Shown here: positions 17,813 through 31,712 of the stretch, piece by piece
Layout of the letters: the number at the start of each line of letters is the position of its first letter
Position numbering within the stretch: position 1 is the stretch's first letter
Origin: Eledone cirrhosa
Lineage: Eukaryota
Direction of reading: 5' to 3'
Assembly (NCBI GenBank): GCA_964016885.1
Contig: OZ024759.1
Span: 36,146,001 to 36,210,000 of the forward strand
DNA length: 64,000 nt
Translations under genes and position numbers: made by a program
The notes under the pieces: generated by a model
Told to the model about the DNA's origin: nothing
Database searches by the model: none
Seen by the model: only the letters and a program-made list of their open reading frames with translations

Positions 17813-17845
<33 letters not shown>

Positions 17846-17966
17846 GTTATTGGCAACATGACCCTCCCAAAGTATAACAATATATATATATATATATACA
17901 TGATACTTAATATATATTGTCAGTATATATATATATATTTATCATCGTCATCATTATTATACATAC

Positions 17967-18012
<46 letters not shown>

Positions 18013-18151
18013 AAAATTAAACATATAAGGAATTCAAATTTTATTTTGTCCAACAAATTTATATTGAAATTAATTAAGATCAAATACATGATTTCGTCGT
18101 TTTCTTGTTGCTATTGTGTCCTGTAAATGGTAAATTTAAATTTAAATATCC

Positions 18152-20045
18152 TTAGATAACTTTTGGTCTCTGGGGCATACAAAGATTATAATGAGCTTGC
18201 TTATCCCAAAAATTTGGGCCTTTCCATCCACACCAGCCCTTGTTTAAAATATATTGTAAGTCCTCATCTCCTGTATAGTGAGGATCAAGAATTAGAAATT
18301 TTATATTTCCAGTCACTTCATTATAATCAACGCCGATGATTGTGTGGGCAAGGACTCCCCCACCTATCATAATGGGGCTCCCTACGGAGTCGAAGTGCAT
18401 AGAAAGTTCCCTGCCATAGTCCGACATTTCAGCCCCTGAGGATACGTTCATAATTCGGCTTTGAACTCCGATCAGGTGTTCTAGACAGAAACTGACTTCC
18501 AATGAACCTATCCACTGATGACTGCCAATAAATGCTGGCGGTTTATCACCCATGTCGACTAGAGCTTTCTGAATCTCTTTATGTGTTGGAATCGGAATGG
18601 AAGTGTATCCTTGTAGTCGAAACCAAGATATTAGAGTTTGTAAAGATCTATAGGCGCAACCCCACTTATTGTCGTCGCAGTTATCTTGCATGTAGTGATG
18701 GTAGCTGTAACGACCTTGTACAACATGTTGTGAATCAGCTTTGGTCGTTGACAACAGACTAAGATGTGGATTGATTAAATAACTTTTTGTTGGTTCAATA
18801 TCCTCGGGAAATATATAAGCATTAGTTTTTCGGAAACATGGCACAGTAAGAGGGAGACAGAAGAGCTGGTGTAGACATTTCCTTTGGTATTCAAGACTAG
18901 TTTCCTCCACATCTTCTGGATAAGTGACTGAAACTATAAAAGACGACTGTGGTAGTTGGATATGGTATGTTTGGGGTATAGAAAACGTTGAACCTTGTCT
19001 GTTTTCGGTGATGCAAAGTTCGGCAGCTAAAATCTGTCGACACACGGCCGTGGCAAGAATTGCGGCCACTTTACTTAAAGGATAATTGATGGACACATAA
19101 GCTACTATATCTAACTTCAATGGTATAGAAACTTGAAGAAATTCTTCCATTTGCTGGTGGATAAGCGGAGCACATGAGGGTGTACGCTTAGGGTCTGTAT
19201 TACAAAATGTCGATGTGTACATAGTAACAGGAATTGAACGATTCATATAGCAGCCGGCAGTGTCATCTTTCTTTTTCGATTTCGGTGTAAATCTAAGATC
19301 TTCGTCGTCAGTTTCGATGTATTTAAAGATATCTTTGCATGTTTCATTCGACTTATAACTTTTCCAATGTTGATGGTCGTCGGTGTTTTCGCCATCCTCG
19401 ACTTCGTTGTTGATCATAGAATCGGGTGATAACAACAACTTGCTATCGTTTATGTGGAATATGGTCATAGGTGAACCGATCACTTGACAAAGCTGTTCAG
19501 CTTCAGTTCTGATGATTTTGATTAATTTATCCGACTTTGGATCGTATTTAAAACTGAAAGGTAAGCTGGTTTTCAGTCTAAAGCGAACATGTTCGTCTTT
19601 GAGATTAGACTCTGTTGCAACAGCTGTCCATTCCGTCTTCGTTCGTCTGACGTCATCGCCGACACACGTATACAGAAACATTGTAGAACTGTGGGGGTTA
19701 GTATCGTCATAATTCAACAGTAAGAAATATTTAACTTTCAAAAAATTCATCAAAGCACTTATAACAGAGGAAAGTAGGTCGTTGTTATCGTCACAATCGT
19801 TTCCGGTGGAAGGAGAAGAATCGGTAACAGATGAAACAGTATACAAACCAAGCACAGTGAAGCCACCTGGTAGTAATTGACAGGTCTTCATGGCATCTTC
19901 TTGGACTCTTTCACTCAATCTCGTACATTTCCAGACTTTTATGAAGTCTATGGTATCTTCTCCATCCGAGTCCGTCTTCATTAATGAGTTGCCGTATTGT
20001 GTCCAACACAGATCCCAATACGAAAATATCCTTCGCAGCTGCCAT
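18152..20045 (-). CDS. UFSP2: UFM1-specific protease 2 (peptidase C78), long form with N-terminal extension, intronless
   Basis: Uninterrupted ORF to TAA at 18152. Motifs: YSYHHYMQD, Cys box DDNKWGCAYRSLQT, WIGS, IMIGGGVLAHTIIGV and Asp-Pro-His box LILDPHY. First in-frame ATG is at 19981 (609 aa). A better-context ATG at 20045 is out of frame (see findings). Confidence 0.93.
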
Positions 20046-20086
20046 CTTGTCGTAAATGTCAACACAGAGTGCTCTCCCTTGTCCCA

Positions 20087-20094
20087 TGACGTCA
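20087..20094. promoter_or_regulatory. Perfect CRE/ATF palindrome TGACGTCA just upstream of UFSP2
   Basis: TGACGTCA at 20087-20094, about 40 nt upstream of AAGATGGC (ATG 20045). Function is inferred. Confidence 0.35.
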
Positions 20095-20803
20095 CCTTTT
20101 CTAATAATATTTTTTATTTCTTTAAAATATATTAAAACAGGTTTATATGCTTATAAACAAGGGTGGGGGTTAACAACTTTTCATAGTTTGGTATATAATG
20201 ATTTTTGTTATTTACTCAAGTTCGATTTATTTTCAATACGGTTCCGTTAAGGGATTATCACTCCCGATTGCCATTGCTTAAGTGCCTTTCCAGAGATCGG
20301 GACCACCCTACACACACGAGTCAGCCAGAGAACACCTACTCTATTGTTAACTCCGACGTAATAATCCAAGTGAAATTTTAGTGTGGTTGTTGTTGAAGAT
20401 GAATAAACACGACAGATAAAGTAATATTGGTTAGATATATAATTTTACTTCATTTCAGTGAAAAAAGGAAAACGAATATGATTATTCCGAATCATAAAAA
20501 TACAAAGTTATATGGAAGCACTCACAAGTGAATACAGTGTTCGAGAAGTCCTTTCCGTTTTGTTGGAGAAGCTTTGTTTTATGTTATGCTAAAGTAGAAG
20601 GTGCCAAGTTATAGTCAGTCAGTATTATCAGCATAGATAGTATTAAAAGCGCAGTGACAAAGAACTGTGTAGTCTACTTCAATAGCAAATGATTCACTGT
20701 GTTAGGATCACAGGAGAGCCTATTTATCTTGACGGCTAGTTTGTGTGGTATGGTCCCGAACTCATTATAGAATCGTAGGGGCGCCGTATTGACATACGGC
20801 GTT

Positions 20804-20834
<31 letters not shown>

Positions 20835-22009
20835 AAGCCCAGCTCTTTCCTGACCAGAGTACAGCAGATTTCTCTCAGAGAAAGATAGAAAGTGAGAGAG
20901 AGGAAATGAGAAAGAGATATAGAGGAAGAATCGACCTCAGTACTAGACTGGTACTTTTTTTTATCGACCTCGAAAAGATGAAAGGCAAAGTTGACCTCGG
21001 TGGGATTCGAACTCAGAGAGCAGAGAGTTGGAACAAATACCATAAAGCATTCTATCCGACATTCTAACGACTACAAATTCCCCGCCCTCGGCTAGTTATT
21101 TTTGATAAATAACAGATGACCCCATGATATGTTCTCCTTCATAGGAATGGGGCCATAAAACCTAGCATCCAGAGAATTTATGTTGTCCTCTCTGCGAGGT
21201 CACAGGTCACTTCTTGGTGGCCATGTCCATGATAGAAACTGTGGGAAAACATTTCTTTCACTACACATACATATTGGTAGTAGCACTAAGATAGCGTTAA
21301 GCACAATATGGGTGTATAAGAAAACATTTACTATATGTTTATATACAATAAACAGTCTCACTATCAAAGAAAAAAATTTTTGTTATGAAAAATGTTTTTC
21401 TTCTGTGAACATGTCACAGATATCTTGGTCTCCATTGAGAATGTCAGACTGTCTTTTCTATTGTTCCCTTATCTTAGTCTTAGTGATGTGGGCTTTTTTT
21501 GAAACTATCATATAAAACATCACACCACCCAGTTTGACTTCCTCTACCTTTGCTACACCTCAGGATCATTCTTTGATGTACGTTGGACTAGTCCTTATTA
21601 TTCTTTTCTATTCTATTTCTTTCCTTTGGCTAATCCTTCCTGAACCATTCTCTTGTCAGTTGCTACACTTGGGATGCTTTTTCTCCTATATTTGAGTAAT
21701 TTACCTAAAGCCTAACTTGTCTTCTTATGTTCCAACAATGGAATGAATAGTATCAACCTTAATGTACTGAAACTGTAGTGTTAACCACAGGTTGACTGAG
21801 GAAATGTGACTGATGATCTTTCCATTGTCTTTGTCCCTTATTTTGTGGGTATTAAAAAAAAAACTATCATATAATAGACATCACACTACCCAGTCTGTCT
21901 TTCTCTATTTTCCCTTCTTACCTTTACACCTCAGTCTCATTCTTCTTTGTCTCCACATTAGACGACAGTCCTGTCATCTTTCCTACTTATTAGGACTTTC
22001 ATTTTTACA

Positions 22010-22480
22010 AAATTTACTTTTAGGTCTTTCAACTCTCTTCTTCCATGCTTGAAATGTTGCCTCTAACTCTCCTACAGATTCAGCTATAAGGACAAAGTTG
22101 ACAGTATATAGGAGCTCTCATGGAGTGTTAGTTTTAAACTCTTCAGTGATAGCCTGAAGTACTATGATAAACAGGAGTGGACTGAGGACTAATCCCTGGT
22201 AGACCTACACCTGCACTTTAAATTCATCACTGTACTCATTGCCAACCCTCTCTACTGATTGCTCATCTATTCATGGCCCTCACCAGCCATTCATCTACAT
22301 CTAGCTTATTAAGTACCCACCAGATTATACAGTGTGGGACCATTTTCCAGACCTACAAATACTAGATACAGTGGCTTACTCTTAACTAAGTACTTCTGTA
22401 GTTGTCTCACCAAAAAGAGGGCATCAGTTGTACCCCTACCTGACATAAATCAAAACTGCATCTCATCCAACTTGATTTTA
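22010..22480 (-). mobile_element. RTE-clade LINE reverse transcriptase fragment, degenerate
   Basis: Minus-strand remnants resemble KLDEMQF..GRGTTDA..VRQLQ.KYL.KSKPLYL.FV, EYSDEFKVQV..QG.VLSPLLFIIVLQAITEEFK, ELLY. Multiple stops and frameshifts. Confidence 0.8.
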
Positions 22481-23713
22481 GGATATTTTAATGGTCAATA
22501 ACTTTATACATATATTTATACATATACATATATATATATACACCCATATATATATATGTCCACTCTAATTTTCTTCGGTTGGTGATATTGACTTAATTAA
22601 ATTGTTGAGTGAGAAAAACAACAGAAGCTGTGTTTGCCCTATTCGATAACTTTGTTTCATTATTATTTTAAACTCCCAGTGAATTAACCGACATTCAAAC
22701 GGTCAGTTTAACTGTTTATCATAGTTCAATTTATTTATCAATTCTTTGCAACTATTTCTTTGCTTTCTCTATGGAAGCCCTGATTGAGTACTTCATGGCC
22801 TCTTTCATTTTTTTTTTCAATTTCAATCTGCGCCAACATGTTTTCTGCGAACAGTCAGGATTAGCTTACCTCCTTGTTGGTGTGTGAAGTCACGTGCCAC
22901 TGAAAGTCTAGGTTATTACTACATTGGGTGATATCCATCGAGGTAGTGTGTGGCTAGCTGGTCTGATGGTCTAAACTCTCCATTCCAGGGAAGCTAATCC
23001 TGCTGAAGATGTGACTCTTAGTTACTTATGTAATGTTTACTAACATTACCTAATTTCTGTGCATATGTATGTATCTATATATGTATACATATATGTTTAT
23101 CTCTGGTTCAATCGGGGGTAACCACAGTAAGGTACTCAATACATACATATATATACATATATATATATACATACATATATATATACACACATACATATAG
23201 GAAAAGTGTCAGTTAAGGGCTGAAACACTCACTGGGGGGGGGGGGGTTCTTCTCTGAAGACCTTCTGCTGTCAAACTCTCCTGAGATTCTCTTACCACTA
23301 CATATATATACACTTTTACCTGTTCCCGCCATCAGGCTGGGGCCATGCGTGTATATAGGCCATGTGTGTGTGTGTATATACACACACACACACACACATA
23401 ACCCATGGAAGCGTAAAAAAATGAACATTAAAACAACAATGATAATGATGATGATATATATATATATAATATACATATTATACAAACATATTTTATCATC
23501 TGTTTGTTATTACCAGATGACAGTGGGGTGAACCTTTTGTCAGCTGTCAACTGATGACAGTGGGGGAGGGAGGGTGAACCTTTTGTCACCTGTCAACTGT
23601 GAATTACATGGAAATGCATAGAATCCATTAGAAAAAAAAAGTCTTTAGTTTGCCACTATGTTTAACCATGTCTTTAATATGTCCATATTTCCATATTTGG
23701 CAATGATAGGGAT

Positions 23714-26700
23714 TCAAAGGGACTCGTAATCTTCCCCAGTTGTTGCAGTTGGTCTGGAGTTTGTCAGCTCTTCAGTGATGTTGTCTGCTATAAGGAAAGC
23801 TTCCAGTTGTCCAAGTTCTTTCTGATTTTCTTTAGACTTTTTAACTTTCTTCTTCATCTTGCCACTGTTGCTGTTGTTGCTTTCCTTTTCTTTCTTCTTT
23901 TTAGATTTTTTACTTGATTTTTCCTCACTCTATAAAAAAAAAAAACAATAACATTAATTTTTTTTTTGTGCGGAGTTCTTTATATTCTGACAAAGGGAAT
24001 TTTAAGTCCCAAAATATTAGGACGAAAAGAAACAAGATTACCAGGTAACTAACTTTATTAGTTGCCTTCATCTTACCGTTCATTTTACATTGTTTTAGCT
24101 TTCTTACATTTATCACTTTCCAACAATAAATATATTTCCTGGTTTATTGAGGAGTTTTGATGATTTGAAATTTGAAATGTTGGAACCCAGACACAGAAAT
24201 AGCTATAATATTAGCTTTAGAAAATTGGCTAAAATATGGTTAGGGACCAAAAAATACTGTTGGAGACATAAAAATACAGTTAGAGGCAGAAAAATACAGT
24301 TAGAGGCAGAAATTGAAACAAAATTCAAGAGACATATATTTTGATTCTTCCAGGGAGGTTTCAGATTGACAGTGACCTGCGGCGTGTTGGTTCGCCACCA
24401 AGATGGCAGCCCCATCATCTGACTATTTTGCAGAGGGCAAAGATCATCATCATCATCATCATTGTTTAACATCCATCTTCCACGCTAGCATGGGTTAGAC
24501 GGGAGTTGTCCCACTTGAGGCAAGGTTGGTCGGGTGACTGTGTCTCGCTCATATAGGACTATCTGGCAAGTTTTAGTTTATAAAATGGGCTGAAGATCCT
24601 TAAAAGATGGAAAAAGAGGCTGCCATCAGCCCCTATGAGGAATCGAACCTCATATCTTCCAGATACTGGCTAATATATGATACAAAAGAGTATTTCACCT
24701 CATTGTCTAAAGCTCTCATTATTTATGGCCATTTCTGCATTTGGATTCTAACATTTCAAATATTAATGAATATATATTGTAGGGTTTCTGATGGTCCTAC
24801 TGAGAGACAATGATTATGGTGGTGATGATGATGTTTATAATACTTACTTTGTCTTTATCTTTTTTCTTCTTTTTCTTCTTCTCCCCAGTGAGGGAGTCAT
24901 GGTCTGTATCTGCAGGTGTCCAGATTGAAGAGTTTGCATCTGAAGACATATGGATGTTTAATCCTTTCATTATTGAACTTCTAATCAAATTACATTCTAT
25001 TTTAGTTAATGAAAAATTGAGAGGTCCCAGCTCTGATAATATGGACCTGTGGTCAGAATGTCTAAGGAAAGAATCACAGGAGTCACTCAAGGAAGAACCG
25101 CTACTTCTCCAAATTGAGAGATCACGGCTGCGATACTATGGACATGTGGTTAAAATGTCTAAGGAAAGAATCACTGGACAGATTTTATGGGCAAAACCAA
25201 CCGGCAGGAAACCCAGGGGTAGACTCCGAGCAGGATGGTTGGATAGAATCCATGAGCTTGGTTGATCTCGTTTGGGGATCTAGTCGGATCAATTGGAGTT
25301 GCTTCTGTCAGGACCCACTGGAAGAAGTGTCTAGGATTCAAACTTAATTTGATATCTTAAGTCACAAATAACATCTTAATTATGAGATAATATTTTTAAT
25401 AAATCCTTCCACATTTTTATAGGGCATGCAATGAGAAATATGGCCTGAAAAGGGTTAAAAGTACTTACTTGCTGATGAATTAAATCCTTTCTCCAAAATA
25501 CTAAGATCTTCATATGTTAAGTCTATAGATGGGATTGAGTGACTACCAGGAATCTTCAGGTAAGAACAACATTTTAAAATATGGAAATTAATAAGAAAAG
25601 TAATTATGACACACAATATTTATGTCATATCTCACACATGTCATATCTCAAACGTTATATATTCATGTCATATCTCACATACAATACACATATTCATGTT
25701 ATATCTCACAAACGTTATATATTCCTATCAAATCTCACACACGATACACAATATGTTATATCTCACATGTTATATATTTATGTCATATCTCACAGATGTT
25801 ATATAGTCATGTCATATCTCACATGTTATATATTTATGTCACACATGTTATATAGTCATATCATATCTCACATCTCACTTATACTGATGTTAAGACATTG
25901 TTCTCAAAATAAATAATATCAAAATCTCATGGATTCGATATTATGTGAGATAATTATGTAAGATAAAGCCTTTACCATGAAAATATAAAAGTAAATATAG
26001 AGTAATGTAAATGCTAAAGGGTTAAAACAATTTTAAAAAAACCCTACCTCGGCTGAACTTTGTGTTAGGCTGTTTGTCATATCGTTCGAGGTGTCGTCAT
26101 CACTGATATCCTCAATATCCTGGCTCACATGTGGTTGTAACACTTCCTCATTATCTTCCGAATGCTGCCCCACATCGTCTGTTGGCTCCTCAATAGTCTT
26201 AGACACAATGTGGACCTTATCAGAGAGGTCAAGCTCTGATTCCGAAGACAGATTCCGGTCGGCTTTCTGTGAGAAGTTTCTGGAAGAGTTGGAAGACGAG
26301 GAATTTGTTGACGATCGTTTAGTAACGTTAGAGACCTCCTTATTGGTGGTGGCAGAAGAAGAGGGCTTCTTGGACGCAACTGGAACAATGAGAATGTCTT
26401 CATCACTGGAAATATCAAGGTTTGGTGTGATATGTAGCTTGTTGATATTTCCAGCTGTCTTCAACGTAACTTCATCCTCAGAGTCGAGGTCGTCCTGGAA
26501 ACCTGCTACCATAGGATTGCCACTGTAGTCTTCATCACTGAAACCATACAACAGAAAATCATATTTAACCCCTTTCGTACCAAACTGCATGAAAACATCC
26601 TTCATTCGATGATACTAAGGTATTTATTTTAACCCTTTAGCATTTAAACCGGCTGTATTCAGCCAGAATTCTCTCACCTCTTTCTGTTTGAACCTGTTGT

Positions 26701-27451
26701 TCATATTTATATTAAAATACTGTTCTCAAAATAAATATCAAAATCTCATAGATTTGATATTATGTGAGGTAAAGTCTTTACCACAAAAATATAATAGTAA
26801 ATATAGAGTAATGTCAATGTTAAAGGGTTAAAGTGTCCATGAAGGTACATAGTGATAGAGTGTGTAGCTTGGAGATCAAACAGTCATTCCAGATAGAGCT
26901 GCTACTTCTCCGAATTGAGACATCACAGCTCCGATACTAGAGGCATGTGGTTAGAATGTCTTAGGAAAGAATCACTGGACATAATTGAGAGATCGCAGCT
27001 CTGATACTATGGACATGTGGTCAGAATGTCTCTGGAAAGAATCACCTGACAGATTTTTATAGGCAAAACCAACCAGCTGGAGACCCAGGGGTAGATCCTG
27101 AGCAAGATGGTTGGATAACATCGATGAGCTTGGCTGGTCTCACTTGGAGATCCAACTGGATCAATTGGAGACAGTTGTTTCTGACAGGATCCACTGGAAG
27201 GTGAGCTTAAGGACTCTACCTCTATGACCCTCCCAAGAGTATGTGGGCAAAGAAGAAGTGTTTACCTGTCACTTTCCTTGTTTTTATTAGCTTGATTACA
27301 GGAGGCAGTAACACGGTGGTCCTTCATGTCGTCCAGAAAACTACTGTCAAGCTCTTCACCATCTGGAATAAATTCTTCAACACTTTTCACAGCCTTTTCC
27401 ACATTTACTTCCACAGCTTCTAAAGAGGAACCAAGAACATTTAAAACCAAA

Positions 27452-27495
<44 letters not shown>

Positions 27496-30400
27496 TTATT
27501 ATTATTATTGGAAATAAAAAGATGAGACTTAAATTTACAGGAAACTTTGGAATCTTTGGTCATTTGCTATGACTTGAGGTTCCATAGCTTAAATTTAGTT
27601 GAAAATCTGCCAGTGTTAAGAGATAATAGCAACAATAATAATGGTTTCTGATTTAGGCACAAGGCCAGCAATTTTAGAGGACGGGAAAGTCGATTAAATG
27701 AAAGGTGAAGGTAACCTCGGTGGGATTAGAACTCAGAAGACATAGAGATGTAACTATGCCGCGAAGCAGAATGTTCGACACTCTACAGATTACTGCCAAT
27801 CCACCACGCTAATGATAATAATAATAATAGAAGACAACAAACACTGTAGAACATTAGTAAGATTATCTTACCTGCTTGGCTGTTAACATCAGGTGTAGAC
27901 AATTGTAATTTGTTTCCAAATATTCGAGAAAAGAAGCCAGCTTTCGGCTCTACTTGTGGTGTGCTGGCAGCAGGGGGGGAGGTATTTCCAACAGCTCCTC
28001 CTCCCGTTATAGTAATTCCTCCTCCATTAGATGTCGGCGTCAGGTTTGTAGGAGACTGTAGTGAAGTTGGGGTCATTTGCATAACAGTAGCAGGTAAGGA
28101 ATGAGAATATGACTGAGATGTTGGTAATTTGGGAATAGAGGTCGCTGATGCAGAACGGGAAACTGAAACAGCAAGAAGGGAAATATAAATGGAAGGTGAG
28201 ACCTCGACATTGTGTGTAGAGGACCTGCAAAGATTGGAAAGAAATGAAACCAGCATACTTCAATGGATGTGTAATAGTAATATACATGAACAGAAAAGCA
28301 TAAATGAACTGAGAGAGTAACTAGGCATAAGAGGACAGATGCAGTTCCATAAGAGATCTCAGGAGGTTTAGCTAAGAATGTAGGCTTCACATGTAGCAGT
28401 TGCACCGGGACAGTAAGCAACAAACAACCACAGGAAACAAGCACTATCAAATTCCAAGAAGGCTCGGTAGAAGCAGTAGGCAGCTTCTGCTACCTGGGTG
28501 ACGAAATTAGCAGCAGAAGTGGGTCTTCTGAAAGTACAGTAGCCAGAGTGAGAATGGGATGCAAGAAGTTCAGGGAGTTACTACCACTGCTGGCTACAAA
28601 AGACTTTTCCCTCAGAATGAAAGGCAGATTGTATGATGTGTGCAAACAAACAGCAATGTTGCATGGTAGTGAGACCTGAGCGCTGTGTACAGAAGACTAG
28701 TGTAGATTGGAAAGAAATGAAGCTTACATGCTCCCATGTCCTAACACCCCACCCTTCATCCACGTCCCTACACCCCGAGCCTTCACCAGATAAGTGCTCC
28801 ACCCTTCACCAGATAAGTGTCCCCACCCTACATCTACCTCAGTATTTTCACACATACCTGGCTGTGATGTAGTCCCATTTGTTATGACACCAGATGTAGC
28901 TAAATCAGACTGTCTCAATTTAGATTCTTCTAGAATCTTCTCAGCTAGTTTCTCCTGTTGTTGCCGTCTCTGGGCACACAGGTTATCAATAAATCTGAAA
29001 TTAAATGAAAAACACTTCAAACTCAAGTAGCCATATTTCTAATGACAGATACTACCTGTGTATTTCAATAAATCTAGAAAAATAAAACATCTCGAGGAAT
29101 TTAATAAAATATTCAATTTTTTTTTTAATCAATAACCTTAATTTATTATTTAATCAATAACCTTCACTCACTTAACAAGTGGAGTGGAGGTCGTCAAATT
29201 GAACCAAGGAAACAATGTTTCCATTAGTCTTTCTATTGCTGATACTATCTATCAGTCACAAATCCAGGCAGAAAGAGCAATGTGAAATAAAGTGTTTTGC
29301 TCAAGGACATAACGCATTGCCCGGTCCGGGAATCGAACTTACAACCTCACGATTGCGAATCCAATGCTCTAACCACTCAGCCATGCGCCTTCATGTGTAT
29401 GTATATGTGTGTGTATATATATGTTTAAGTTGTTTGAGATTTTATATATCCCCAGGGAACAATATTTTATCAACCATTAGTGATATGTATAAGATGTTCT
29501 ATATATACATATGTTTTCTTCTTTGAATAAGGTGTCTTAAAGATATCTTTTCATTGAGATGTTATGTATATTTGTGACAAATTTTAATTCTGTATAATTA
29601 ATATATATACATATATATATATATATATACATACACTGATTTGTTATATATATATAAAGAAATACTGACATATCATAGTTTTGCTCTTCTGATTCTTCAT
29701 GGATGTTGAGTTCCTCAATTGTAGAACGAATATCTTCTGAGTTGATCTCCAGTTGTTTCAGCAATGTGACTCTCTGGTGGCAAGAACAGAAAAAATATGG
29801 CTTATAACATGTCTGTCTATGTTTGTGTGTTTATGTATGTGTGTTTCAGCAAAGTCATTCTTTGGTGGGAAGAACAGAGAAAATATGGCACATCAGGTTT
29901 TGTGGGGTCCCCCATACACAAAAAATTAGAATACACAGTAAACCTCCCCCAATTTTACATATCAAAGTTAGGTTGGCACAAGTAATTGAAAAGTTATAGA
30001 TACAGGTATTAAATTAAAATATTCTAACCATCCTAAAACTAAAAAGCCCAGCTGAGGGCACAAATTAATTGTTATGGCCATCACTGGTGGAGCCCCTCCA
30101 CTGCAGGGGACCCAGCCCCCCCCCCTAAATCCAGCCCTGGATATACACACAAATATAGGTATGATTTAAAAACTAACAATGAAACAATTTCAGTAGTACT
30201 TACTTGTAGCTGAAGGAATGGTAAGTTAAAGAATTTATGTAAGTACTTTAAACCATATCCATTTCTCATGGAAGATTCTGCGTACCGTATCTGGGCAGCA
30301 TCTTCACCTCTGCAGAAACAAAAATTAAAAGATTAATAGATGAAAAACATCGTAGGACAGATTTTACAGGCAAAACCAACCAGTAGAAGACCCAGGGGTC

Positions 30401-31675
30401 AACCCATCCCGAGCAAGATGGTTGGATAACATCCATGAGCTTGGCTGGTTTTTCTTGGGGATCCAGCCAGATTGGTTGGTGATGGTTGCTTCTGACAGGA
30501 CCTGCTGGAAGGAGTGTTTGAGGACTACAGCCCCCACGACCCCCTGGTTGCTCCTGACAGGACCTGCTGGAGGGAGTGTTTGAGGTCTCAGCCCCCACGA
30601 CCCCCTGGTTGCTCCTGACAGGACCTGCTGGAGGGAGTGTTTGAGGACTACAGCCCCCACGACCCCCTCAGGAATAAGTGGGTGAAGAAGAAGAAGAAGA
30701 AGAAGAAGAATGTTTAATGAGTCTCATAGTTTGAGAAAGACTCCCATTTTTAAGCAGTCATAGGACAACAGTATTTTATGTAAAATATATTTGACTAACA
30801 ACAAACTAAACATATTTTATGAGAGAAAGAAGAAGACAGAAATAGAGAGAAATAGGTAACATGACTTGTTTTTATTTAAATTCTCTTTCACCTTTTGTTA
30901 TATATACTGGAGTAGTCAGCTGACCTCTCTCGCTTCATGTAACAACCCATTTAACCCATGAATGGAGTGATTATTTGTTATGTTTGTTGTACTGTTGCAT
31001 GATGTGGGGAGTGATTGCTGTTGTGATAAAATATATTTGTGCTTTTCTTTTTTTTACCAGCATGTGTGTGTGTTTGCGTGTATATGTGAATTGTTCTAAA
31101 GCTATAGTATGTTTATGTATAAGGCCGTGTGTGTGTGTGCTTGAGTGTAAGATATTATTTATTTTGAGAACAATACCTTAAAGTCAGTATGAGTGGCCAG
31201 TTACGGACGGTTTGAACAGAAATAGGTGAGAGAATTCTGGCCAGTTTATATACTAAAGGGTTAAAACAAAAAAAAAACAAAAAAACAAAAACAAGGGATT
31301 GATTACCTGTCTAAACTTTCTATGAAATAAATAGCTTTATCTTCTAAGACGACACGATGATGTCCCATATCTCTGTGATTACCTAACACCAGTACAGGTA
31401 TGTGGCTTGGAATTTTACCAATTTCACGTTCAACATAACTGAAAGTCCTTGAAAACAAAATAGTAAAAAATAAAAATAGATTATTTTACTTTATTTTCCA
31501 AAGTTATAATACAGTAAGATCATATAGTAATTTTAGTAACTTACCATTGTTTAGTAACATCATATACCATGATAACTCCATTTGTTCCTTTATAGACATC
31601 TACAAATTCAGCATCTAGACAATGGTCTTCCATATTCTAATGTAGAGAAGAAGAGAGAAAAATATATCATATATC

Positions 31676-31712
<37 letters not shown>

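Noticed and set aside
20046-20095. GTG start of the 647-aa ORF given in the track
   Set aside because: The track uses prokaryote-style alternative starts; a GTG start is unsupported in this eukaryotic gene.
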